This document shows, in pieces, positions 28,483-39,003 of a DNA stretch of 64,000 nt (within the stretch, counting starts at the first letter, position 1; every line of letters begins with the position of its first letter). The position numbers and the translations under genes are program-made. Origin of the DNA: an uncultured bacterium (GTDB taxonomy: Bacteria; Chloroflexota; UBA5177; JANWHV01); assembly GCA_963827235.1 (NCBI GenBank), contig CAWHAE010000012.1, forward strand, positions 288,001-352,000, read 5' to 3'. The notes under the pieces are model-generated. The model was given only the letters and a program-made list of their open reading frames with translations. It ran no database searches and had not been told where the DNA came from.

Positions 28483-29817
28483 CTATTCATACCGCAAGGC
28501 TTGAATCGGATCGAGTGCTGCGGCCCGGCTGGCAGGGTAACTGCCGAAGAACAGGCCGATCGCCAGCGAGACGCCGAACGCCAGTATCACCGAGTTCGGG
28601 CTGATCACCGGCGCCGAGTTTCCGAACGCCGTGGACAAGCTCTTGATGTTGTTGAACATCCAGGCCACGAGAAAGCTGATGCCCACGCCGATCGCGCCGC
28701 CCGTCCCGGCTATGAGAATGGATTCGACGAGGAACTGGGACAGGATGTCGATCTTCCTCGCGCCGACGGCCTTGCGCAGGCCGATTTCCCGCGTTCGCTC
28801 GGTCACGGTCACGAGCATGATGTTCATGATCCCGATGCCGCCCACCAGAAGCGAACAGGCCGATACACCGGCCAGCAGGGTGGTCAGCGTCCCGGATACG
28901 TCGGCTGCCGTCTGCTGGATCGACGTCTGATTGAACTCGCTGAAGTCATCACTCTGAGAGGGCAGGAGGTGGTGGAGGTTGCGCAGCATTGTTTCGGCTT
29001 CCGACCATGCCTGATCCGTCGAATTCTGCTGTGTTGCTTCGAGATCGATCGAGGAGAGAGAGCCCACTGCGGACGAGTGCGGCAACACGTATTCGGCCGT
29101 GGTGAGGGGCACGTAGACGGTGTCGTCCTGGTTGCGGCCCCCTCCGCCGCCTTTGGAGACCATTGTGCCGATCACGGTGAACGGAACGCCGCTCAACGTG
29201 ATGGTCGAGCCGACCACGCTGGACGCGTCGAGGCCCAGATCGGTAACCACCGTGGCGCCCAGGTCCACGACCTGCGCCTGCTGCATCAGATCCTGGGTGG
29301 TGACGAAGCGGCCGGCCTCTACCTGCGAGTTGCGCACCGTCAGGTACTCCGGCGAGACGCCGTCGGCCGACGTATAGGTGTTATCGGCGCCTGCCACGAT
29401 CTGCACGTTGACGTTGAACTCCGGTGCCACCATGGCCACGTCGGGCAAGGATCCGCCTGAGCCCAGGTTGTCTGCCAGCGTCTGCGCATCGGACACGCTC
29501 AGGGTGCTGGCCGAGCCAGCTCCTCCGCGCACACCGCCCGAGAATGTGGCGCCCGGCTCAATCTGCACCAGGTTGGTTCCCAGCGCGCTGAGCTGCGCGT
29601 TGACGCGGGTAGCCGAGCCGTTTCCGATGCCGACGGCCACGATGACCGACCCGACGCCGATGATCACACCGAGGAGCGTGAGCACGGTCCGTGCCTTGTT
29701 CGTCAGGATACCCGTCGTGGCGATGCTCAGCGTCGACGCGGCCTGTGCGATAACCGAGATGCGCGGCACCGAAGCTGCGATCCTGCCTGTTTGCGGTGTC
29801 GGCAATGCTGGACTCAT
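28483..29817 (-). CDS. ABC transporter permease, MacB/FtsX type
   Basis: LTLLGVIIGVGSVI, LLVGGIGIMNIMLVTVTERTREIGLRKAVGA and YPASRAAALDPIQALRYE. Confidence 0.95.
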   Translation of the reverse strand: MSPALPTPQTGRIAASVPRISVIAQAASTLSIATTGILTNKARTVLTLLGVIIGVGSVIVAVGIGNGSATRVNAQLSALGTNLVQIEPGATFSGGVRGGAGSASTLSVSDAQTLADNLGSGGSLPDVAMVAPEFNVNVQIVAGADNTYTSADGVSPEYLTVRNSQVEAGRFVTTQDLMQQAQVVDLGATVVTDLGLDASSVVGSTITLSGVPFTVIGTMVSKGGGGGRNQDDTVYVPLTTAEYVLPHSSAVGSLSSIDLEATQQNSTDQAWSEAETMLRNLHHLLPSQSDDFSEFNQTSIQQTAADVSGTLTTLLAGVSACSLLVGGIGIMNIMLVTVTERTREIGLRKAVGARKIDILSQFLVESILIAGTGGAIGVGISFLVAWMFNNIKSLSTAFGNSAPVISPNSVILAFGVSLAIGLFFGSYPASRAAALDPIQALRYE

Positions 29818-30656
29818 GCAGAACCCTCCTGATCCAGATCAAGACGAGGTTGCGTCTGGCCTGCTTCGGGTCCGCTCGCCGCCGCCGCGACACTCGTCCC
29901 CGCGCCTTCGGCCGCCGCGTCGTGTGGCAGCGCAGCCAGGTCGGGCATGCGAGGAGCGTCCGCCGGCTTGCTGTCGTGCACCACGTGACCGTCGCGCATC
30001 CGTATGACACGTTGGGCGTACTCCGCGATGTCGCTCTCATGCGTCACCAGCACGACGGTAAGTCCGCGCAGGTTGAGAGTCTGAAAGAGCGACATCACTT
30101 CGGCGCTGACCTGCGAGTCCAGGTTGCCGGTCGGCTCGTCGGCAAGGATGAGCGCCGGGTCGGTGACCAGTGCCCTGGCCACGGCCACGCGCTGTTGCTG
30201 GCCGCCCGAGAGCTGGCTGGGATGGTGGTCGAGCCTGGCGCCGAGGCCGACCCGCTCGAGCGCTGACTTGGCGCGCTCGGCCCGCTCGCGGGCCGGCACA
30301 CCGGAGTAAATGAGTGGCAGCTCGACGTTCTTGAGCGCGCTGGTGCGCCTGAGCAGGTTGAACGACTGGAACACGAAGCCAATCGTACGGTTGCGCATGA
30401 GCGCCTGCTCGTCGTCGCTGAGCGTGGCAACCTCTCTGCCGGCCAGGAAATACTGGCCGGAGGTCGGGCGGTCCAGGCAGCCCAGGATGTTCATCATCGT
30501 GGACTTACCGCTGCCGGAGGCGCCCATGATTGCCACGAACTCCCCCTGCGAGATGTGGACGTTGACCCCTCGCAGGGCGTGCACCTGCTGGTCGCCCATG
30601 GTGTACGTCTTGGTGATCTGCTGCATCTCGATGAGCGATGCCGGTTGAGTGACCAT
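29814..30656 (-). CDS. ABC transporter ATP-binding protein, MacB/LolD type
   Basis: [44 protein letters not shown] and VTHE. Confidence 0.95.
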   Translation of the reverse strand: MVTQPASLIEMQQITKTYTMGDQQVHALRGVNVHISQGEFVAIMGASGSGKSTMMNILGCLDRPTSGQYFLAGREVATLSDDEQALMRNRTIGFVFQSFNLLRRTSALKNVELPLIYSGVPARERAERAKSALERVGLGARLDHHPSQLSGGQQQRVAVARALVTDPALILADEPTGNLDSQVSAEVMSLFQTLNLRGLTVVLVTHESDIAEYAQRVIRMRDGHVVHDSKPADAPRMPDLAALPHDAAAEGAGTSVAAAASGPEAGQTQPRLDLDQEGSA

Positions 30657-33600
30657 TAGCCGCCAATCCTTACGCCGCCGAAGCCGCCGCCGAAACCGCC
30701 GCCGAAACCGCCTCGCGCACCGGCACCGGTCGTAGACGTGGTGGAGGTGCTGCCCGCGGCCGGCACGACGATGCGCTGGCCAACACTCAGGCCGCTGACA
30801 ATCTGTGTGTAGGTGCTGTCACTGACGCCCGTCTGCACCAGCGCGATCACCTCATTGTTGTGCGCATCCAACGTGCGCACGAAGTTCCTGCTGCCGATGC
30901 TGACGATGGCCTGCGTGGGCACCTCGATCGCGTTGGACACCTGCGCGGTGATAATGGTCAGGTTCGCGTTCATGCCCGACGTGATGCCCTGCAGGTTCCC
31001 GGTCAGCGAGACCTTGATCGGGTAGGTGGTGACGTTCGAGGTGGTGGTCGCCACGGTAGGCAGGCTGTTGACGACGCCAACCAGCGTTCTGGTCGGGAAG
31101 GCATCGAAGACCATCGCCACCGGATCGCCGAGCTGGACGCTGCCGATCTGGGCTTCAGGGATGTTCGCGGTGACTACCAAGCCGGCGGAATCGGCCATCT
31201 GAATATCGGCGCTGGTGCTGCTGGAACTGCTGCTCAGGCTGGCCGTGGACTGGCCGGGGGACATGTTCACCACTTGCACGACACCGTTGCTGGGCGCCAC
31301 GATTTCGGTTTCACTGGTGAACAGCGCCTGGTCCTCCTTGAGGGTCTGCTGGGCCTCGCTGACGCTGGCCTGCGAGATGGCAATGTCCTGGGTTGTATAG
31401 GCATGGAGGGTGAGCTGCAAGGCGGCCTGGGCGCTCTTCACCGCGTCTTCCTGCTGGGCGATATCCTGCGGCGTGTTGGGCTGGATGGCCGCGTCGAGGG
31501 CTGCCTGCGCACTGACCAGCGAATCCTGGGCCTGCTGGATATCGGTGGGGGCGCCGGGATGCTGGGCCGTGGCGAGGGCCTGCTGGGCCGAGGTCACGGT
31601 ATCGCGGGCCTGCTGGATATCGGACGCCGTGTTGGGTTGCTCGGCGGCGGTCAGCGCTGCCTGAGCGCTCTGCACGGCGAGCTTCTGCTGCGCGATGTCG
31701 GCGGCGGTGTTGGGCTGCTCGGCGGCCGCCAGGGCCGCCTTGGCGCTGGTCACCGCATCCTGCGCCTGCTGGATGTCCGCGGCCGTATTGGGCTGCAGGG
31801 CGCTCTGGTAGGCCGCCTGGGCGCTCTTGACGGCCTGTTCCTGGGTGGCGATGTCCGTGGCCGAATTGGGCTGCTCGGCGGCTGCCAATGCCGCCTGGGC
31901 GCTCTTGACGGCCTGCTCCTGGGTGGCGATGTCCGTGGCCGAATTGGGCTGCTCGGCGGCTGCCAATGCCGCCTGGGCGCTCTTGACGGCCTGCTCCTGG
32001 GTGGCGATGTCCGTGGCCGAATTGGGCTGCTCGGCGGCGGTCAATGCCGCCTGGGCGCTCTTGACGGCCTGTTCCTGGGTGGCGATGTCGGCAGCGGAGT
32101 TGGGCTGCTCGGCGGCGGTCAGCGCTTCCTGAGCGCTCTTGACGGCCTGCTCCTGGGTGGCGATATCGGAGGGCGAATTGGGTTGCAGGGCGTTTTGGTA
32201 GGCGGCCTGGGCGCTGACCACGGCCTGCTCCTGGGTGGCGATGTCGGCAGCGGAGTTGGGCTGCAGCGCATTCTGGTAGGCAGCCTGGGCGCTCTTGACG
32301 GCCTGCTCCTGGGTGGCGATGTCGGAGGCGGAGTTGGGCTGCAGGGCGCTCTTATAGGCCTGCTCGGCGCTGGCGACCGCCTGTTCCTGGGTGGCGATGT
32401 CGGAGGCGGAGTTGGGCTGCACGGCGGTCTGGTAGGCCGCCTTGGCGCTGGTGACCGCCGCCTGCTGGGTGGCGATGTCCTGCGCGGTGTAGGGATGCTC
32501 GGCGTTGTAGACCGCTGCGTTGGCGGCGTCGATGGCATCCTGGGCGCTCTTGACGTCGGTGGCCAGGGGCGGCGCGGTGGCCGTGGTGAGCGCGGCCTGG
32601 GCCGAGAGCACGGCATCCTGGGCGGTGGCGAGGTCGGTGGTCAGAGGCGGTGCGGTGGCGGCGTTGAGCGCGGCCTGGGCTGAGGTAATGGCGTCCTGAG
32701 CGCTAGCGAGGTCGGTGGGCAAGGGCCCGGCGGTAGTGGCAGTCAGGGCGTCCTGGGCCTGGACGACGGCGTCCTGGGCCTTGGCCAGGTCGGTGCTGCT
32801 GGGGGAGGGGGACTGGTCGGCGTTGAGCTTGGCCTGGGCGGCGGCGACCTGCTCCTGGGCGAGGGTGACGGCGCTGGCGGCCGGGCTGTTCAGGGCGGCG
32901 AGGGCAGCGGTGGCGCTGGCCACGTTGGCGTTGTCGTTGGCGATGTTGGCCTCGTCCGACGCCAGGCTCTGCAGGTAGGTGGCTTCCTCGGTCTGCAGGG
33001 TGGTGGCGTTGGTGGTAGAGGAGGCGGTGGGCGAGGTGAGCAGGGAGAGGGAGACCTGGTCGGTCTGCAGCTTGTTCTGGGCGGCGAGCAGGGTGGCCTT
33101 GGCCTGCGCGACGGCGGTGGAGGTGGGGGAGGTGAGGTCGTTGACGCTATTCTGCGCCTGGGTGAGGTTGGCCTGGTCGGAGGCCAGTGTGGCGGCGGTG
33201 GCCGGCGCGTTGAGCGCGGCCAGGCTCTGCTGGGCGCTGTCCAGGCTGGCCTTGGCGGAGGCCACGGTGGTGGCGTTGGCCGGGGCCTGCAGGGCGATCA
33301 GCTTCTGCTTGGCGGAGTCGAGGCTGGCTTCGAGCTGGGCCAGGGTGTTGGCGTTGGGGCCCGCCTTGAGCGCGATCAGCTTCTGCTTGGCCTCGTCCAG
33401 ATTGGCCTGGGCCTGGGTGACGGTCTGGGCATTGGGAGGGGTCTGCAGGGCGACGAGCTTCTGCTGGGCCTGATCCAGGCTGTCCTTGGCGGAGGCGAGG
33501 GTATGCGGGTCGGGCGGGGCCTGCATCTGGTTGAGCTTGATCTGCGCCTGCTGCAGGGAGGCCTTCGCCTGGGTAATGGAGGCGGGGGTGCCACCCTGCT

Positions 33601-34969
33601 TCATGGCGGCGAGCTTGATCTGGGCCTGTTCCAGGGAGGCTTTGGCCTGGGCGATCGATGCGGGCGTGCCGCCGGCCTGCATGGAGGCCAGCTTGAGCTG
33701 TGCTTCCTGCAGGGCGGCCTTGGCCTGGGTGATCGAGGCGGGGGTGCCGCCGGCCTTCATGGAGGCCAGCTTGAGTTGGGCCTGCTCGAGCGCAGACCGG
33801 GCCTGGGCAATGCTGGCCGTCGTGCCGCCCTTGAGCATGGCGGCGAGCTTGAGCTGGGCCTGGTCGAGCGCGGACTTGGCCTGGGCGATAGAGGTGGCGG
33901 TGCCGCCGGCCTGCATGGTGGCCAGCTTGAGCTGTGCTTCCTGCAGGGCGGCCTTGGCCTGGGTGATCGAGGTGGACGTGCCGCCGGCCTTCATGGTGGC
34001 CAGTTTGAGCTGCGCTTGTGCGAGGGAGGCCTTGGCCTGTGTGATGGCGCTGGCGGTGCCGCCGGCCTTCATGGTGGCCAGCTTGAGCTGTGCTTCCTGC
34101 AAGGCGGCCTTGGCCTGCGTGATCGAGGTGGCGGTGCCGCCGGCCTTCATCTGGGCCAGCTTGAGCTGCGCCTGCGCCAGGGTGGACTTGGCTTGGGCGA
34201 TGGCGCTGGCGGTGCCGCCGGCCTTCATCACGGCCAGCTTGGACTGGGCCTCGGCGAGGGCCTGCTGGGCCTGGGTCACGCTGGCGGCGGACCCGCCGGC
34301 CACCATGGCGGCCAGCTTGGACTCGGCGGTTGCCAGCGAGGTTTCCGCTTGGGCGATGCTGGAAGCCGTGCCGCCGGCCTCCATGGCGGCCAGCTTCTGC
34401 TGCGCCGAGTCGAGGTTGGCCTGCGCGGTGACGATCGATGAGGCGGTGCCGGACTGCAAGGCGGCGAGCTTGGCCTTGGCGGAATCGACGTTGGCCCTGG
34501 CCTGGGCGATGCTGGAGGCCGTGCCGCCGAGCTTCATGGCGGCGAGCTTGGACTGGGCTTCGGCCAGCGAGGACTGGGCCTGAAGGACGGAGTTGGGGTT
34601 GGGCGGGGCAAGCTCCTTGGCCAGCGCGAGCTGCGCGTTGGTCAGGGAGTTCTTGTCTCCGTTGATCGTCTGCTGCAGCGAGGGGTCGTCGACGGTGGCC
34701 AGGATCTGACCCTTCTTGACCGTCTGGCCCTGCACGACGTTGACCTTCTGGACGGTGCCGGCGGCGCCGAAGTTGAGGGAGTAGGTCGTGACGTTCTGGG
34801 ACTGGCCGGCAGGCGTGAGCGTGGTGGTGATGGTGCCGCGGGAGACCAACACGACCCGACCGTTGAGGGTGGGTGGCGTGCTGATGCCCGGCAACGAGAA
34901 CGCAAGCGTCAAGCCCGTGCTCGGTATCAGCGCCGCCAGCACGGCGATGCGAACTGTCTTCCCCTTCAA
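30656..34969 (-). CDS. very long MacA/HlyD-family adaptor (membrane fusion) protein, about 1437 aa
   Basis: Lipoyl halves GTVQKVNVVQGQTVKKGQILATVD and IVAPSNGVVQVVN enclose about 1100 aa of helical repeats. Beta-barrel and C-terminal motifs include GMNANLTI, VPTQAI and VQTGVSD...IVSGL. TTG 34969 follows GGAGG. Confidence 0.9.
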   Translation of the reverse strand: MKGKTVRIAVLAALIPSTGLTLAFSLPGISTPPTLNGRVVLVSRGTITTTLTPAGQSQNVTTYSLNFGAAGTVQKVNVVQGQTVKKGQILATVDDPSLQQTINGDKNSLTNAQLALAKELAPPNPNSVLQAQSSLAEAQSKLAAMKLGGTASSIAQARANVDSAKAKLAALQSGTASSIVTAQANLDSAQQKLAAMEAGGTASSIAQAETSLATAESKLAAMVAGGSAASVTQAQQALAEAQSKLAVMKAGGTASAIAQAKSTLAQAQLKLAQMKAGGTATSITQAKAALQEAQLKLATMKAGGTASAITQAKASLAQAQLKLATMKAGGTSTSITQAKAALQEAQLKLATMQAGGTATSIAQAKSALDQAQLKLAAMLKGGTTASIAQARSALEQAQLKLASMKAGGTPASITQAKAALQEAQLKLASMQAGGTPASIAQAKASLEQAQIKLAAMKQGGTPASITQAKASLQQAQIKLNQMQAPPDPHTLASAKDSLDQAQQKLVALQTPPNAQTVTQAQANLDEAKQKLIALKAGPNANTLAQLEASLDSAKQKLIALQAPANATTVASAKASLDSAQQSLAALNAPATAATLASDQANLTQAQNSVNDLTSPTSTAVAQAKATLLAAQNKLQTDQVSLSLLTSPTASSTTNATTLQTEEATYLQSLASDEANIANDNANVASATAALAALNSPAASAVTLAQEQVAAAQAKLNADQSPSPSSTDLAKAQDAVVQAQDALTATTAGPLPTDLASAQDAITSAQAALNAATAPPLTTDLATAQDAVLSAQAALTTATAPPLATDVKSAQDAIDAANAAVYNAEHPYTAQDIATQQAAVTSAKAAYQTAVQPNSASDIATQEQAVASAEQAYKSALQPNSASDIATQEQAVKSAQAAYQNALQPNSAADIATQEQAVVSAQAAYQNALQPNSPSDIATQEQAVKSAQEALTAAEQPNSAADIATQEQAVKSAQAALTAAEQPNSATDIATQEQAVKSAQAALAAAEQPNSATDIATQEQAVKSAQAALAAAEQPNSATDIATQEQAVKSAQAAYQSALQPNTAADIQQAQDAVTSAKAALAAAEQPNTAADIAQQKLAVQSAQAALTAAEQPNTASDIQQARDTVTSAQQALATAQHPGAPTDIQQAQDSLVSAQAALDAAIQPNTPQDIAQQEDAVKSAQAALQLTLHAYTTQDIAISQASVSEAQQTLKEDQALFTSETEIVAPSNGVVQVVNMSPGQSTASLSSSSSSTSADIQMADSAGLVVTANIPEAQIGSVQLGDPVAMVFDAFPTRTLVGVVNSLPTVATTTSNVTTYPIKVSLTGNLQGITSGMNANLTIITAQVSNAIEVPTQAIVSIGSRNFVRTLDAHNNEVIALVQTGVSDSTYTQIVSGLSVGQRIVVPAAGSTSTTSTTGAGARGGFGGGFGGGFGGVRIGG
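31330..34680 (-). repeat. 78-bp (26-aa) tandem repeat arrays forming two arms
   Basis: About 20 units of the GGTASSIAQAKAALQEAQLKLATMKA type, then about 20 of the PNSAADIATQEQAVKSAQAALTAAEQ type. Confidence 0.92.
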
Positions 34970-35463
34970 GGAAATGCCTCCATGCAATGCGTTACGCAGC
35001 CATATGCGGGCGACCAACGGCCTCCCATGCCACTGGAGAGGCAGTTTTGACCGAGCTGCAACCACATATCATTGTGATCGTAGGAGCACCGAATGACAGC
35101 CATGTGATTGGCACATGACGATTGGATGACATGCGCCTGCCTCCGCGGTGACGCTTTTGGCCGGTCGCACACGAGCCGGCGGGAATCCCGCCGCACAACC
35201 GGCGGCCCCGCTTGCCGGCCATCGCGATCTCTGTAGCGCCGCATCCGCGCCTCGAAACCCCTTGTGGCATACATTCTTGCCGTTAATAGACTGTTTACAA
35301 GTCCACAACATCACGACAATACCCGCGACTTAACGTGGCATGTGAGGGATTGAGCGCTGGGACGGCCCCCCTCTGAGCCGCCTCCCAGGAATCCTTGAGG
35401 TTGGTCATCCGGCCAGATGATCGAACTCGGTTTCGCCGCTAGTTTCCTTCATCAGGAGGTCAC

Positions 35464-37203
35464 GTGAAAGCCAGACTTTATCTTGCAGGCCTTGCTCTTG
35501 CCTCGTTATTGTGCGGAGCCGTGCCTCTGCTGCCCTCGTCCTCTCATGTCGTGGCCGCTGAATCGGCGACCGTGACCATTACCGGCACGATGGTCGCCAT
35601 GCCGCAGCCAACGGCCCCAACGTCGCTGTTCATCCAGGTGGGAAGCCAGACCCTCCCAGTCTGGATCACGGTCCACACGCAGATCTTGCGCGCGGATTCC
35701 TCGGCCGCGAGCCTTGGCGACCTGCGCGATAACGATCTGCTCAAGATCAATGGCCTGGCCAATCAACGCGCCGGCATCACCGCCGGCGTAATTCAGGACC
35801 TGTCGCTGCTCGGCACCACGGCGACTGCCACGCCGACTTCTTCACCTACGCCGATCGCTTCCCTCTCGCCAACCGCGACTGCCACCGCTTCGGCGACCCA
35901 GGTGCCCAACCAGTTCGACGTCACGGGAACGCTCTTCGCAATTCCCGCGCAGTTGACGCCGCCGACCGTGCTCTGTCTCGCCAAGTCGCAGGTGGTGGGC
36001 GGTATTGCCCCCAACATCTCCACGGTGAGCCCCTGCCCGTCGGGCCTCCTGCCCGTCTACGTGACTACCGGCACCAGCCTGACGCGCAACGACGGTAGTG
36101 CCTCGGCGCTGTTCGAGCTCCGTGCCGGCGACTCGCTGGAAGTTCACGGCAGCTTCGTCAACACGCAGTTCACGGCAGCCTCCCTCGACGATCATTCGCT
36201 GCACGAGACCTACACACAGTTCACAGGCACCGTGCAGAGCCTGTCCAGCGGCGGAGACCTGACCTACGTGGCCGTGATCGTGAACAAGCGGCTTTCCGAT
36301 AGCTCCCCCGTGCCCAACAATACGCAGTTCGTGCTTCCGCTGACTAACGTCGGCAGCATCTACTGCACCGCTCCCAGCCCCACGCAGGCGCCGTGCACGG
36401 CAGTGAACATCAACGGCGTGGCGACCGCCGGCTACCCCGGTAGCGGCATCGGCCCGGGCACCGTCGTGACCGCCCAGGGTCTGTACAACAGCACGCTCAA
36501 CACGTTCGAGTACACGCAGTGGATCACGGTCGGCGGCACCACGGTGTCGAACCCGACGGCCACGTTCACGGCTACCGCCGTACCGACAGCCACGGCTACC
36601 GCGCCGGCCGTGACCTCGCAGACGATGTCGCTCGCCGGTTGGCTGAGCCATCCTGCAAGCCCGAACACGGCTCCGACCATGCTCTGCGTCTACGGGGCGC
36701 GACTCACCAGCGGACCCACACCCTATATCAGGACTGCCAGCCCCTGCCCGTCAGGCCAGCTGCCGGTGTTTGTCACGCCCGGTACCGTGATCGTCCGTAG
36801 CGGCGGCAGCTCGATTTCGGTCGGCTACCTGCGCTCGAACAACAGGCTGGAGATCCGGGGCACGTTCGTCAACGCGCAGTTCACGGCCACCTGGATCCGG
36901 GATACATCGCTCGTGAACCTCATGCAGGTGCGGTTTCAGGCCAGGATCAGTTTCGTCAGCCCCTTCACCCACCCGGCATACGTAGCAGTGCGGACGTTGA
37001 AGGACTACGAGCAGTTCAATCCGTTCAGGACAGGAACCACACTCACGGTGTACGTCCAGCCTGATACGCTCATCTACCTGCCGCGCGGCCGCACGACCCA
37101 CAACATTCTGGTGCTCAACCCGGGCCAGAGAATAACGGTGTGGGCCGAGTACGATCGGGACCTGCACCGCGTAGAGCCGACGATGCACATCACGATCATG
37201 TAA
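35464..37203 (+). CDS. secreted multi-domain DUF5666-like protein with Thr/Pro/Ala linkers
   Basis: RBS AGGAGGT, GTG start and signal peptide. Duplicated module PTxLC...SPCPSGxLPVxVTxGT...LExxGxFVNxQFTA. Confidence 0.65.
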   Translation: MKARLYLAGLALASLLCGAVPLLPSSSHVVAAESATVTITGTMVAMPQPTAPTSLFIQVGSQTLPVWITVHTQILRADSSAASLGDLRDNDLLKINGLANQRAGITAGVIQDLSLLGTTATATPTSSPTPIASLSPTATATASATQVPNQFDVTGTLFAIPAQLTPPTVLCLAKSQVVGGIAPNISTVSPCPSGLLPVYVTTGTSLTRNDGSASALFELRAGDSLEVHGSFVNTQFTAASLDDHSLHETYTQFTGTVQSLSSGGDLTYVAVIVNKRLSDSSPVPNNTQFVLPLTNVGSIYCTAPSPTQAPCTAVNINGVATAGYPGSGIGPGTVVTAQGLYNSTLNTFEYTQWITVGGTTVSNPTATFTATAVPTATATAPAVTSQTMSLAGWLSHPASPNTAPTMLCVYGARLTSGPTPYIRTASPCPSGQLPVFVTPGTVIVRSGGSSISVGYLRSNNRLEIRGTFVNAQFTATWIRDTSLVNLMQVRFQARISFVSPFTHPAYVAVRTLKDYEQFNPFRTGTTLTVYVQPDTLIYLPRGRTTHNILVLNPGQRITVWAEYDRDLHRVEPTMHITIM

Positions 37204-37226
37204 GCACGCCACACCACGCGTACGTC

Positions 37227-37265
37227 AGGCGCCGCCGGCCCATCTGGCCGGCGGCGCCTTTCATT
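37227..37265 (+). terminator. intrinsic terminator
   Basis: 14-bp stem AGGCGCCGCCGGCC/GGCCGGCGGCGCCT with a 5-nt loop and T-rich tail. Confidence 0.7.
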
Positions 37266-37728
37266 GCCCGGCGATCCGCGTCACGACCGCCTCGGTATAT
37301 TCCGGCGCCTGAAAGCAAGCCATACCGGGAACCACGGTGGCGGTCCGCGCATGCGATGCCTCACAATGAATCGTCGGTTACCGCTTGCGGGTGTCCTCCG
37401 GGGATCCACCTTGGCCGGCCTGTAGGAACGACCGGCCGGCCGCGCATGGCCGGATGCTGCCGGTCAAGTCGCGGCCTATCCACCGCACCGGAGTCAACGG
37501 CACGGGGCTTATCCCGCCATGTGTGTTGCCGCCAAGGCAACCTGCCCTACAATGCATGTGAGCGGACCGGGGCCTGTCGGGCCGCGGCCACGCCGAGCAG
37601 CACAGTCTGGAAGGCGTGGCTGCCTGCTTGTGCGGCGCGTGGCACATCTGTTATCCATTCAGGTAGCCATCGACCCGTCGTCATGCGTGCCGTTGTTTGG
37701 TTCATGGGGTGGAAGTGACTGGACACAC

Positions 37729-39003
37729 ATGATGCCCGAAGCCGCTCGCATCGAGGTGTTCGCGGTCGAAAGCGATCAGGCTATCGTGGTTCAGCTCCAC
37801 GATGCACTGGCTGAGAGTGCCGTCGCCATCTTCGTGGTGAGCGGCGACCGCCCGCTGGTGGCAATGCCCGAATGGGCGGGACCCACCGCGCTGTTGATCG
37901 GGCTCGACGACGACCTTTCCCTCCGGCTTGCCTACGCCAAGCGAGTGCAGGAGCTGTACCCGCGGGCGGCGGTACTTGCCTACTCCGTGGCCTTCAACGC
38001 GGAGACGCTTGCCGCCGCCATGGCGGCCGGCGTCCGCAGGCTGCTCCCCTTTCCCTTCAGTGCACAGACGCTGCTGGACGCCGTGTCTGCGGTCCAAAAT
38101 GAGCTCGAAGGGTTGCTCGGTTCCATGGACGCACTGACCCGCCTTCAGGGCGATCAGGCCGTCGAGCCGGAGCCGAGGCGATACGTCGACGATTCGAGCA
38201 AGCCGCACCGCGTCATCGTCGTCTTCAGTCCCAAGGGAGGCGTCGGGACGTCGACCCTCGCGGTTAATCTTGCCGTCGCCCTGCAGGTCGCGCGGCACGC
38301 CACGGCGCTGGTCGACGGTAACATTAGCTTCGGCAGCCACGACGTCTTCCTGAACCTCCCGCCCGGACGCACCATGCTGGAGTTGGCAGCTTCGCCGGAA
38401 ACGGTCACCACGGAGGTTCTCTCTGACACGCTCGTACGCCATCGCTCCGGCCTCAGCGTGCTGCTGGCGCCCCTGCAGCCTGAAGAAGGCGACCGCATCC
38501 GCGTCGAGCACGTCAAGCATGTGCTCGCGCTGCTCCGCCGTCAATTCGTGTTCACTGTCGTGGATACTTGGCCCGGTTTCGACGATCGCGTGCTGGCTAC
38601 ACTGGAGATGGCTGACAGCATACTCGTGCCTTTCGGCCCGGATATGCCTGCGATCAAGAACCTCTACTCGTTTCTGCGTGTGGCCAACTTGCTCCACTAT
38701 CAGCAGGAACGCATCATCCCCGTACTGATGCGCTCGGATAGCGTGGAGCCCGGCTACGTCGCGGACATCGAGACATTCCTCAAACGCGAGCTTCGCTGGC
38801 GCGTGGTGAGCGACGGCCGGCGCGCCACCGCCGCGGCGACCGAGGGTAAGCCGTTCCTGCTCAGCGCGCCTGATGCCGAGATCAGCCAGAACATTCGCGC
38901 TCTCGCCGGCTTCCTGGCGGGGGATCCCGTGACGCCGAAAGAGGACGAGCAGCCGCCCCACAAGCTGCCTCAGGCGGGCGGCAGGCACTTCTGGCGCCGC
39001 TAG
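37729..39003 (+). CDS. CpaE/TadZ-like protein (degenerate receiver + MinD-like ATPase)
   Basis: Receiver-like N-terminus (AMAAGVRRLLPFP), deviant Walker A SPKGGVGTSTLAVNLA, HRSGLSVLLAP and VVDT. Confidence 0.8.
   Translation: MMPEAARIEVFAVESDQAIVVQLHDALAESAVAIFVVSGDRPLVAMPEWAGPTALLIGLDDDLSLRLAYAKRVQELYPRAAVLAYSVAFNAETLAAAMAAGVRRLLPFPFSAQTLLDAVSAVQNELEGLLGSMDALTRLQGDQAVEPEPRRYVDDSSKPHRVIVVFSPKGGVGTSTLAVNLAVALQVARHATALVDGNISFGSHDVFLNLPPGRTMLELAASPETVTTEVLSDTLVRHRSGLSVLLAPLQPEEGDRIRVEHVKHVLALLRRQFVFTVVDTWPGFDDRVLATLEMADSILVPFGPDMPAIKNLYSFLRVANLLHYQQERIIPVLMRSDSVEPGYVADIETFLKRELRWRVVSDGRRATAAATEGKPFLLSAPDAEISQNIRALAGFLAGDPVTPKEDEQPPHKLPQAGGRHFWRR

Noticed and set aside
31330-34680. CRISPR-like regular repeats
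   Set aside because: They are contiguous in-frame 78-bp coding units with no unique spacers, and there are no cas genes.
35066-35463. Structured ncRNA in the divergent intergenic region
   Set aside because: Only short hairpins and promoter-like AT-rich patches; no recognisable RNA family.
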